A stretch of DNA of 32,000 bases from Nitrososphaerota archaeon (GTDB lineage Archaea; Thermoproteota; Nitrososphaeria; Nitrososphaerales; Nitrosopumilaceae), in NCBI GenBank assembly GCA_022573895.1, contig JACZTB010000002.1, positions 30,999 through 62,998 on the forward strand, in the 5' to 3' direction. The translations under genes and the position numbers were made by a program. The notes below the pieces were generated by a model. It saw only the letters and a program-made list of their open reading frames with translations. It was not told the origin of the DNA and ran no database searches. Positions within the stretch are counted from its first letter, which is position 1. Each line of letters opens with the position of its first letter. Positions 24,607 through 32,000 of this stretch are shown here, piece after piece.

Positions 24607-25910
24607 TGTATCTTACCTTCTTGTTATTATTATTTGTAATCGGATTTGCACCATTTATTTTTGATAACTCATTTGCACAAATAACATCTGGAGGATTTGG
24701 CAATTCTCCTTTTGAAAGAGAGTTCGGAGATGTCAAATTTCTTGATGCCTATTTTGGAATAATTAGTGAAAAATTTGAGGTTGACTCTGGAAACAAAAAT
24801 ATACCATTTACTGTAGTAATGGCAAATGTTGGAACTCAAGATATTACAGGAATACGAGGTCAATTATCATTACCTTTTGGATTTTCGTCTTCAGACGGAC
24901 CTGGTTCATTAATCTATGCAGATGCTGATACAAATTCTGTTGCTGGACAAAATTTCCATCTAACATTTTTTGTTGATGTAGGTAATGATATCAGAATTCA
25001 ACAATATCCTGGTACTGTCAAAGTTGATTATTCACGACTACGAGAATCAGGAGTCAGAACTACATTTGAAGATTTTAATTTTAAAGTAACTGGACAAAGC
25101 GTGATAAATCTACGTGCACTAGATCCATTTCTCACATCCTTACAAAAAAACCATATAATAATTGAAATTTCAAATGATGGAACAGCACCAATTTCGAGTG
25201 TAGATGTTAAACTAAAAAATACACAAAGTGAAAGAGCATCAACAACTCAATCCATTACTAATATTGAAAATGTTGTGGTTCTAAGTACTGATTGGGAAAT
25301 TGGTGGAATTGATCCAAAATCAAAAAAATTCATTGAACTTGATGTATATGTACCTGAATCTCTGAAAGGTGAAACACTTCGTGCACCAATTGAAATAACT
25401 TATTTTAATGCCCATGGTGATAAACAGACTATTTTACGAATTGCAGATTTCTTTGTTAAAGGTTTGATAGATTTGTCAATCTATAATGTTAATGTAATTG
25501 AATTGTCTGGCAAACAAATGGTAATTGGAGAAATAATTAATGAAGGAAATGAAGATGGATTGTTTGGTTTTGTAACTATTGATCCTCGTGGAGATTCTAA
25601 TATTAAATCAAATACTCAATTTATTGATGAAATTGAGGTTGATGCACCTGTACCATTTAATTTACCAATAGAATTTGATGGTGAAACAAGATATGGAGAA
25701 CATGATATTACCATTACTGTAAGATACAAAGATAGTATCAGAGATGAGATTTTTCTAACTTATGATGCAACAATTTTTGTTAAAGAACCATTAAACGAAA
25801 ATGAAGATGATCTTGATCCAATAATGATAATTATTCCAATTATTTTGGCAACTGGTGCAGGAATTTACATAATGCGTAGGCGTAAAAAAGCAACAATTGA
25901 GGCAAGTTAA
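24606..25910 (+). CDS. surface-anchored protein with three CARDB/COG1361-like beta-sandwich repeats
   Basis: Signal peptide (LLLLFVIGFAPFIFDNSFA-Q), then three repeats of about 120 aa with an N-x-G strand motif at residues 74, 190 and 312 (MANVGTQDI, ISNDGTAPI, IINEGNEDG). A C-terminal TM segment is followed by RRRKK. Its ATG shares one base with the ATPase TAA. Confidence 0.7.
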   Translation: MYLTFLLLLFVIGFAPFIFDNSFAQITSGGFGNSPFEREFGDVKFLDAYFGIISEKFEVDSGNKNIPFTVVMANVGTQDITGIRGQLSLPFGFSSSDGPGSLIYADADTNSVAGQNFHLTFFVDVGNDIRIQQYPGTVKVDYSRLRESGVRTTFEDFNFKVTGQSVINLRALDPFLTSLQKNHIIIEISNDGTAPISSVDVKLKNTQSERASTTQSITNIENVVVLSTDWEIGGIDPKSKKFIELDVYVPESLKGETLRAPIEITYFNAHGDKQTILRIADFFVKGLIDLSIYNVNVIELSGKQMVIGEIINEGNEDGLFGFVTIDPRGDSNIKSNTQFIDEIEVDAPVPFNLPIEFDGETRYGEHDITITVRYKDSIRDEIFLTYDATIFVKEPLNENEDDLDPIMIIIPIILATGAGIYIMRRRKKATIEAS

Positions 25911-25955
25911 AGATTAAATTTCAAATCTAAAACAGGAAAATAAGGTCAATTCAAA

Positions 25956-26288
25956 TTGAGATCAAGTATTATTGTTCTAATTTCAGTTTTAGCTGTTGGG
26001 AGTATTGTAATTTTTCTAGGTTTTCATACAAATCAAGAATATGTTGAGGTTTCTGAAATTACTAATCAAATTGGAAAATTAGAGATATACAAAAATGAAT
26101 TAGAAAAAATTAATCAATTAAATTTACAAATGTTACAAGATTTAGAAACTCAGATTAAAAATTCTGATGATATTTATCTAGAGCAGCTAAATGAAGAGAT
26201 CGAAGTAATAAAACGAGTTGTAAATGAAAACAAGGAAGAACTTGAACAGATAATCAAAAAATTATCCCAAATGGAGCCTAAATCCTAA
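25956..26288 (+). CDS. N-terminally membrane-anchored coiled-coil protein
   Basis: TTG start is required. TM segment SIIVLISVLAVGSIVIFLGF is followed by about 70 aa of heptad-rich sequence (YKNELEKINQLNLQMLQDLETQIKN...EELEQIIKKLSQ). Confidence 0.55.
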   Translation: MRSSIIVLISVLAVGSIVIFLGFHTNQEYVEVSEITNQIGKLEIYKNELEKINQLNLQMLQDLETQIKNSDDIYLEQLNEEIEVIKRVVNENKEELEQIIKKLSQMEPKS

Positions 26289-26406
26289 TCTAATATCAAT
26301 TTACAAAATTCAATCTAGTCGTCATCAAAGCACAATACATTTTTGGTCTTAGACTGAAGAACTTTCTAGACCGTAAGATTATAAGCAATTACTAGATCTT
26401 GCGATC

Positions 26407-26790
26407 ATGCCAATGAGTGAGATTGAAGTTCCAAAGGAATTGCGAGAATTCATGCTAGAAGAAGCAGAAGAAACCTTTCTTGGACAAAAAAACGGTGCAC
26501 ACAAACAATATCGGTATGGTAATTTACACATTAGAGAATATGATGATAAATTTCTACTTCATTCTGATAGAATTGATCCTAGAAAAGATCCAATTGGACA
26601 TTTAGTTCATGATGCACCTGAAGTCTTAATCGGTTTAGCATGTGCAGTTTTTGCTGGTTCACAAATTGCAAAAAAGTTTCTCAACAAAAAATCAAAAAAG
26701 TCAACTTTTACTTCTGCTCTAATTTCATCAATTATTTTTGGATATCTAGGATATACTATTACAAGAAAAATTAAAAATCATTTAGAGTAA
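26407..26790 (+). CDS. hypothetical protein with C-terminal membrane segments
   Basis: 127 aa. A soluble N-terminal part (HIREYDDKFLLHSDRIDPRKDPIGHLVHDAPE) is followed by two hydrophobic segments. It ends 5 nt before the UbiB-like gene. No family recognised. Confidence 0.5.
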   Translation: MPMSEIEVPKELREFMLEEAEETFLGQKNGAHKQYRYGNLHIREYDDKFLLHSDRIDPRKDPIGHLVHDAPEVLIGLACAVFAGSQIAKKFLNKKSKKSTFTSALISSIIFGYLGYTITRKIKNHLE

Positions 26791-26795
26791 GTTTC

Positions 26796-28340
26796 ATGTC
26801 TACTATTAGAACCATTCAAATATTCATTAAACTTTTACCATCAATTTTTGCATTGCGTCGGGATAGAAAAAAATGGATTCATCAGGAGAAAACAGAAATA
26901 GATTCAGAACAATTTCGAAAAAATGCTCGTAAGGTACTTGATACATTTATTTCACTAGGGCCTGTTTACATCAAATTAGGACAATGGCTTTCTTCTAGAG
27001 CAGATATCTTACCTCAACCTTATTTGGAAGAACTTGCAAAACTACAGGATAAAGTACCTCCTGCTCCTTTTGATCAAATAAAACCAATTATTGAAAAAGA
27101 TTTTGGGCCCATTGATGAAAAATTTGACGAAATAGATCCTAATTGTATTTCAGGTGCATCATTAGGACAAGTTTATCGTGGTACAATTTCTGGTCAGCAA
27201 ATTGCAATCAAAGTAAAAAGACCTGGTATTGAAAAAGTTGTAGAAACAGATCTCAAAGTTTTAAAAAAAATTCTTCCACTAGCATTAAGATTTGTTGATC
27301 CAAACTTACGATATTCAGCAAAGGCTATGCTCTCTCAATTTATTGAGACAATTCGCGAAGAAATGGATTATACTATAGAATCTGAAAATCTCAAAACAAT
27401 TAAAAAGAATATGGAAAAAAATACCAAAGTAATTGTACCCTCAGTTTTTGATGATTTTTCCTCAAAAAATGTACTAACAATGGAATATCTTCCAGGGATT
27501 AAAATAACAAATGTGCAGGCTCTTGATGAGAAAGGAATTGATAGAGAACAATTAGTAATTGATGTTCATAAGGTCTTTTTTACTATGCTTCTCAAACACT
27601 CAATTTTTCATGCAGACCCTCATCCTGGAAACATATCAGTTACTGATGATGGGAAACTCATCTTGTATGACTATGGAATGGTTGGACGGATAAATAATGA
27701 AACAAGATTCAAGCTAATCAGGTTGTATCTTGCTCTAGTTGAAAAAAATCCTCCAAGAGTTGTTAATGCTATGATTGATCTTGGAATGCTGATTCCTGGA
27801 TACAATAGATCAGTAATTGAGAAGGGAATAGAACTCTCAATTCGTGCCATGCATGGAAACAAACCTGATGAAATGGAAGTACTAAGTTTGATGGAGCTTG
27901 CAAATCAAACTATGAGTAAATTTCCATTTATGCTGCCAAAAAATTTGGCTTTGTATATGAGAATGACATCAATAATTGAAGGAATCTACAAAACACATAA
28001 TGTTGATTTCAAATTTGTGAAAGTTCTAAAAAATATTCTTGAAGAAGAAAATTTGATCTCAAGAGCATATTTTGAAGAATTAAAGATCTCCTTTTCTAAT
28101 TTCTCAAAATCAATTGATATTGTACTCAGAATTGGACCAGAGATGAAAGAACTCATGGATGAAGTTCAGATCTATATGAAAAAAAGGACACCAATGGTTT
28201 TAATCAGTGGAAGTATATTTGCATCTGCAACTTTCATAGGTTCAATATTTTTATATCAATCAAGCGAATTTCTTGGTTTAGTTGGAATGATTAGTTCCGG
28301 TTTGATAATGGGCGTTTCAGTATTGTTCAGAAAATATTAG
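26796..28340 (+). CDS. ABC1/UbiB-family atypical protein kinase-like protein
   Basis: LGPVYIKLGQWLSSRADILPQPYLEELAKLQDKVPP, IAIKVKRPG, and the catalytic-loop-like FHADPHPGNI...LYDYGM are hallmarks of the UbiB/ADCK family. C-terminal TM segments are present. Confidence 0.85.
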   Translation: MSTIRTIQIFIKLLPSIFALRRDRKKWIHQEKTEIDSEQFRKNARKVLDTFISLGPVYIKLGQWLSSRADILPQPYLEELAKLQDKVPPAPFDQIKPIIEKDFGPIDEKFDEIDPNCISGASLGQVYRGTISGQQIAIKVKRPGIEKVVETDLKVLKKILPLALRFVDPNLRYSAKAMLSQFIETIREEMDYTIESENLKTIKKNMEKNTKVIVPSVFDDFSSKNVLTMEYLPGIKITNVQALDEKGIDREQLVIDVHKVFFTMLLKHSIFHADPHPGNISVTDDGKLILYDYGMVGRINNETRFKLIRLYLALVEKNPPRVVNAMIDLGMLIPGYNRSVIEKGIELSIRAMHGNKPDEMEVLSLMELANQTMSKFPFMLPKNLALYMRMTSIIEGIYKTHNVDFKFVKVLKNILEEENLISRAYFEELKISFSNFSKSIDIVLRIGPEMKELMDEVQIYMKKRTPMVLISGSIFASATFIGSIFLYQSSEFLGLVGMISSGLIMGVSVLFRKY

Positions 28341-28341
28341 A

Positions 28342-28722
28342 CTATTCAATTGAGATATTTTTTCCCTTTTTTGTCACAGGAATAATTAGTATAAGAATAC
28401 CATTTTGGTACTTGGCTGATTCAATTTTTTCTTCTCCTTGTTTAATGTCAATTGGAAGTCTAATTTTTTTATCTATCACATTTGGTCTTTGATTTGAAAT
28501 AAGTGTCTCTGATTCTTTCTCATCAATTATTTTTTGGGCTTTGATGGAAAGTATGTCTCCACATAATGTCAATTCAATATCTTTTTTGGCAAATCCCGGA
28601 ATGTCAATTACTACTTTAAGACTATCTTCATTTAGATGCATGTCAATTGGTGGTAAAACAAATTCATAGAATTCTCTAGATTTGTTTCCAATCTCTTTGA
28701 TTACTTCTTTAACAAGTCCCAT
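28342..28722 (-). CDS. Hsp20/alpha-crystallin family small heat-shock protein
   Basis: 126 aa. PPIDMHLNEDSLKVVIDIPGFAKKDIELTLCGDILSIKAQK ... IRLPIDI ... AKYQNGILILIIP is the alpha-crystallin domain pattern. A TATA-like atttataacc lies about 30 nt upstream. Confidence 0.85.
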   Translation of the reverse strand: MGLVKEVIKEIGNKSREFYEFVLPPIDMHLNEDSLKVVIDIPGFAKKDIELTLCGDILSIKAQKIIDEKESETLISNQRPNVIDKKIRLPIDIKQGEEKIESAKYQNGILILIIPVTKKGKNISIE

Positions 28723-28839
28723 TTTGTATATTTGCTTAATTTTTGGTTATAAATCTTGATAGATTTCAACAAAATTTGTTCAAAATACTTAAACTTAAAT
28801 TTTGTATGAAAAATATTTTTTTAGGAAAACAAAAAGGAG

Positions 28840-28965
28840 CTAGAATTTTCGTGTATCTCCTTCTAAAAGACCTGAACCATGATGAATTCTATCAATATGT
28901 TTTGAAAGTTCTTCTTTATTCTCAAATATTGATTCACAGTAAGGACATGAAACTTCATCAGCCAT
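28840..28965 (-). CDS. candidate 41-aa C2H2 zinc-finger protein
   Basis: Not in the supplied track, which lists an antisense ORF here. Reads ATG(28965..28963) MADEVSCPYCESIFENKEELSKHIDRIHHGSGLLEGDTRKF TAG(28842..28840). The spacing is exactly classical C2H2: C-x2-C-x12-H-x4-H. A TATA-like tttattat (complement of 28987..28994) is centred about 25 nt upstream of the ATG (leaderless geometry). Confidence 0.6.
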   Translation of the reverse strand: MADEVSCPYCESIFENKEELSKHIDRIHHGSGLLEGDTRKF

Positions 28966-29057
28966 AATAGCAACTTAGTAAAGGTGATAATAAACAATTC
29001 GTAAATTATCAAACATGATAGATTTTTAATCAATTAATTTCTCTATTTTGATAACTT

Positions 29058-29639
29058 ATGATAATTGTTATTGAAGGTGGAGATCAAGCAGGAAAGTTAA
29101 CGCAATCAGCTTTATTGGAAAAAGCGCTCAAAAAAAGAAAGATCAGAACTAAACTATTTCATTTTCCTGACTACAAAACTCCAATAGGAAAAGAAATTAG
29201 AAAATATTTGAATGGAAAAAGAAAATTTCCTCCTCAAGTAATTCATTGTCTTTTGGCTGCAAATAGATGGGAAAAATTAAATGAAATTTTAACAGCCCAA
29301 GAAAAAAACTCTGTTCTAATTATGAATCGTTATTATCATTCTAATCTGGTTTATGGGATAGTAAATGGTATGAATCAGAAATGGCTTGAGAATCTAGATG
29401 CTGGTCTTCCAAAAGCTGATCTTGTAATTTTACTTGATGTTTTACAAAAAGAATCATTTCATAGACAGAAAGCCCATAGAGACATGTTCGAAAAAAACAA
29501 AGAATTTTTAAGAAAAATTTCTAAAATTTATCTGATAACTGCTAAGAAAAAACATTGGAAAATAATTGATGCATCTAAGTCTAAACAAGAAATACACGAA
29601 GAAATTTTGAAGATATTCTCAAAGAAAATAGGATTATGA
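29058..29639 (+). CDS. tmk: thymidylate kinase
   Basis: P-loop IIVIEGGDQAGKLTQ, a DRY-like NRYYHSNLVYG region, and a length of 193 aa. Confidence 0.85.
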   Translation: MIIVIEGGDQAGKLTQSALLEKALKKRKIRTKLFHFPDYKTPIGKEIRKYLNGKRKFPPQVIHCLLAANRWEKLNEILTAQEKNSVLIMNRYYHSNLVYGIVNGMNQKWLENLDAGLPKADLVILLDVLQKESFHRQKAHRDMFEKNKEFLRKISKIYLITAKKKHWKIIDASKSKQEIHEEILKIFSKKIGL

Positions 29640-30871
29640 AAAAAAATTATCTAGACATAATTGATCCAATTCATGATTTTATTCGTGTCTATGAGCATGA
29701 GCTATCCATAATTGATAATCCTATTTTTCAAAGATTAAGACGAATTAGACAGCTTTCTGGTGCTCATTTGATATATCCAGCAGCTCAACATACAAGATTT
29801 GAACATTCATTGGGGGTCATGCACATTGCTAGTCTAGCAGGTCATACATTAAATGAAAAAGAAATTTTCAAATCAGATGATATTGAAATTCTTAGGTTAG
29901 CTGGTCTCTTACATGACATAGGGCATGGACCATTTTCTCATCTTTTTGAGGAAATGATTCAGAAAAAAAAAATTTCACATGAAGACTTTGGTAAAGAAAT
30001 TATTCTAAAATCTGAAATTGGTGACATTTTATCAAAAAATGGGTTTGATAAAAAACTAATTACAAGAATTGCCTTTGGGGATTCTAAATTTCAATACATG
30101 AATGAAATTATTTCAGGTACACTTAGTGCAGATATGATGGATTATTTACTTAGAGATGGTTATTTTACAGGAGCAGAACATGCAAAAATTGATCACAAAA
30201 GAATCACACAATCACTTGATATACATCAGAAAAAACTAGCCTTGGAGCGTTCAGCATTGTATTCTTTTGAATCAATGATGCATTCTAGATATCAAATGTT
30301 CAAGGCAGTCTATTTCCACAAAACTGTGAGAGCAGCAGAAGTTATGCTACTTGAAGCATTACGATTATCTGATGACGAATTTGGTTTTACTAGTTTTAAT
30401 CTAAATGAATTTGTTAAACTCACAGACGAATACGTTTTATCAAATCTCATCTCATCAAAATCCACAAAATTAAAACGTGCAAGACAATTTGCGTTAGATT
30501 ATCAAAACAGGAAATTACTAAAATGTGTATTTGAGAGAATTTTGAATAGTAGAACTAACTTGAAAAAAACAAAAACTGATGAACTTAGAACTTGCATCTC
30601 TAAAAAATCCAAAGTTGATGAGAATGAAATTTTTGTAGATAGTTCTATTACTCCATCAATTCCTCTTGCACCATCTAAAAATGAATCAAAATCTATAATT
30701 TTGATTACAAATGAAAATGGAAAATCCTTGGCACAAGAGATACCAATTTCAGAAATCCCTGTTGTTTCAGCATTTTCTGGATTTATGAATATCCTAAGAA
30801 TCTATACCCCTCAAAAGACCAGAAAAAAAGTTGAAATTGCCGCAAAATCAATCCTCGGTGATCTAAAGTGA
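29636..30871 (+). CDS. HD-domain phosphohydrolase, COG1078/SAMHD1-EF1143-like (probable dNTP triphosphohydrolase)
   Basis: [45 protein letters not shown] and [14 protein letters not shown] are the conserved blocks of this family. It overlaps tmk by ATGA. Confidence 0.8.
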   Translation: MKKNYLDIIDPIHDFIRVYEHELSIIDNPIFQRLRRIRQLSGAHLIYPAAQHTRFEHSLGVMHIASLAGHTLNEKEIFKSDDIEILRLAGLLHDIGHGPFSHLFEEMIQKKKISHEDFGKEIILKSEIGDILSKNGFDKKLITRIAFGDSKFQYMNEIISGTLSADMMDYLLRDGYFTGAEHAKIDHKRITQSLDIHQKKLALERSALYSFESMMHSRYQMFKAVYFHKTVRAAEVMLLEALRLSDDEFGFTSFNLNEFVKLTDEYVLSNLISSKSTKLKRARQFALDYQNRKLLKCVFERILNSRTNLKKTKTDELRTCISKKSKVDENEIFVDSSITPSIPLAPSKNESKSIILITNENGKSLAQEIPISEIPVVSAFSGFMNILRIYTPQKTRKKVEIAAKSILGDLK

Positions 30872-31551
30872 AAAAGAGAATTGTTATCAAATTGTCTGGA
30901 AGAGTTTTTGGCACTGATAATGTCAAAGCACTAAAAGACTATGCTCAATTTCTAGTAAAAATCAGTAAGATTTGTCAACCAATTGTTGTTGCTGGGGGTG
31001 GAAGTATTGCACGACATTATATTTCTCACGCAAGATCTTCTGGTGCAGATGAATCTACTCTTGACGACCTTGGAATTGAAATTTCAAAACTTAATGCAAA
31101 GCTGTTGATTTATGCTCTAAAGAATAAGGCCTATTCACATCCACCAACTACTTTACAGGAAGTCAGACATGCAGTAGATGATGGATTAATAGTTGTAACA
31201 GGCGGTTTACATCCTGGTCAAAGTACTAATGGTACTGCTGCATTGATTGCTGAAAAAGTACAAGCTGAACAATTTCTTAATGCCACAGATGTTGACGGAA
31301 TTTATGACATGGATCCAAACAAATTCAAAAAAGCAAAAAAATTTAAACGGATTGAACTAAAAAATTTGAAAAATATGTTGGTTCATAAAGATTCTATTGC
31401 AGGAGGCTATGACTTGATGGATATTCTTGCTCTAAAAATCATTGAGCGCTCCAAAATCAAAACAAGAATCCTAAAGGCTGATCCAAAAATTATTGAAAAA
31501 GCTATAAAGGGCGGCGACGTAGGTACCGAAATTATTCTTCCCTCTAAATAA
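30868..31551 (+). CDS. pyrH: UMP kinase (archaeal type)
   Basis: GTG start overlapping the upstream stop. [45 protein letters not shown] and [11 protein letters not shown] fit amino-acid-kinase-fold UMP kinase. Confidence 0.88.
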   Translation: MKKRIVIKLSGRVFGTDNVKALKDYAQFLVKISKICQPIVVAGGGSIARHYISHARSSGADESTLDDLGIEISKLNAKLLIYALKNKAYSHPPTTLQEVRHAVDDGLIVVTGGLHPGQSTNGTAALIAEKVQAEQFLNATDVDGIYDMDPNKFKKAKKFKRIELKNLKNMLVHKDSIAGGYDLMDILALKIIERSKIKTRILKADPKIIEKAIKGGDVGTEIILPSK

Positions 31552-31950
31552 TTATTCAGATATTTTGTTTTGAATTGTTGGTCTTGTTTCTGACCAAATC
31601 TGAATATCTTTTTTTGAATATTCAAGAATTCCTGATTCCCGAAGTTTTTTGAAAATTGATTGAGCTTCCTCTTTTGTAACTGCTTTTGATTGAGCCTTTG
31701 TAAAACCATCTTTATCTACAATTATTACTATGTCTCCATCTGGGGAATTAATTATTGCAGTAAATTCTTCCTCCCCAACTGGTTGAAAATCACCATCAAC
31801 TTTTTTAGTTGTCAAAGTCAACATCCCAAATCCAGCTGCTTCAAACATCTTCATTTGTGATTTACTTGCTCTTTGTTTTCCTTGTTGTACTGCTTGAAAG
31901 TACTGCATGATTTTTTTGTATCTCCAATAGTATAATAACTGTCTTAACAT
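31552..31950 (-). CDS. hypothetical protein
   Basis: 132-aa ORF with no recognisable motif. Its stop codon directly abuts the pyrH stop (convergent, zero spacer). The true start could be an internal Met. Confidence 0.45.
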   Translation of the reverse strand: MLRQLLYYWRYKKIMQYFQAVQQGKQRASKSQMKMFEAAGFGMLTLTTKKVDGDFQPVGEEEFTAIINSPDGDIVIIVDKDGFTKAQSKAVTKEEAQSIFKKLRESGILEYSKKDIQIWSETRPTIQNKISE

Positions 31951-32000
31951 TTGAAAAATTTAGAGAGTAAAGAAAATAATGAATCGTAAAATATTTCTTG

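Noticed and set aside
26340-26372. T5 run followed by an imperfect hairpin GGTCT(T)AGA-N11-TCTAGACC downstream of 25956..26288
   Set aside because: It may be a terminator. However, the stem has a bulge, archaeal termination needs only the oligo-T, and a single 8-bp dyad in a 118-bp spacer is weak evidence. It is not reported as a feature.
28743-28967. 74-aa plus-strand ORF listed in the track
   Set aside because: It has no motifs and an unconvincing sequence. The opposite strand encodes a textbook C2H2 finger with an ATG start and a well-spaced TATA box.
1-32000. CRISPR arrays, rRNA genes, large tandem or inverted repeats
   Set aside because: No regularly spaced repeat-spacer structure, no rRNA-like conserved segments and no long duplicated blocks were noticed on reading. 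This was not an exhaustive computational search.
31979-32000. ATG AAT CGT AAA ATA TTT CTT G at the window edge as the start of another plus-strand gene
   Set aside because: Only seven codons are visible, which is too little to support a call.

Overview
This is an AT-rich, very gene-dense archaeal chromosomal segment; neither composition nor coding fraction was computed. I infer a streamlined ammonia-oxidising thaumarchaeon (Nitrosopumilus-like) from gene content only, with no database search. The supporting genes are glycerol-1-phosphate dehydrogenase, proteasome beta subunit followed by aCPSF1/FttA, archaeal NMN adenylyltransferase, the archaeal pantoate kinase plus phosphopantothenate synthetase route to CoA, and BluB. 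Several genes can only start at TTG, and one tRNA carries a non-canonical insertion. Most of the window is housekeeping: two PPIases, RtcA, a class V aminotransferase, an M24 peptidase, CoaBC/PanB, Tmk, PyrH, Hsp20, a UbiB-type kinase, a NUDIX hydrolase and two tRNAs. I saw no rRNA, CRISPR array, transposase or integrase. The best candidate for an uncharacterised system is a translationally coupled four-gene module at 22719..26288. It comprises a MacB/FtsX-type permease, an ABC ATPase, a surface protein with three CARDB-like repeats, and a membrane-anchored coiled-coil protein. A divergently transcribed tandem Lrp-like protein lies upstream. The ATPase Walker A motif lies upstream of the first ATG/GTG/TTG in its frame. 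Three plausible small ORFs are missing from the supplied track: a 37-aa Cys/His-rich peptide, a 41-aa C2H2 zinc-finger protein upstream of hsp20, and a 55-aa basic protein whose ATG overlaps the coaBC stop. Other points are a direct GTTGAA repeat array in a divergent promoter, an A8 tract linking two overlapping ORFs, a gene remnant with in-frame stops, a SepF-like gene, and convergent genes that abut or overlap. All family assignments rest on motifs read by eye from the translations.
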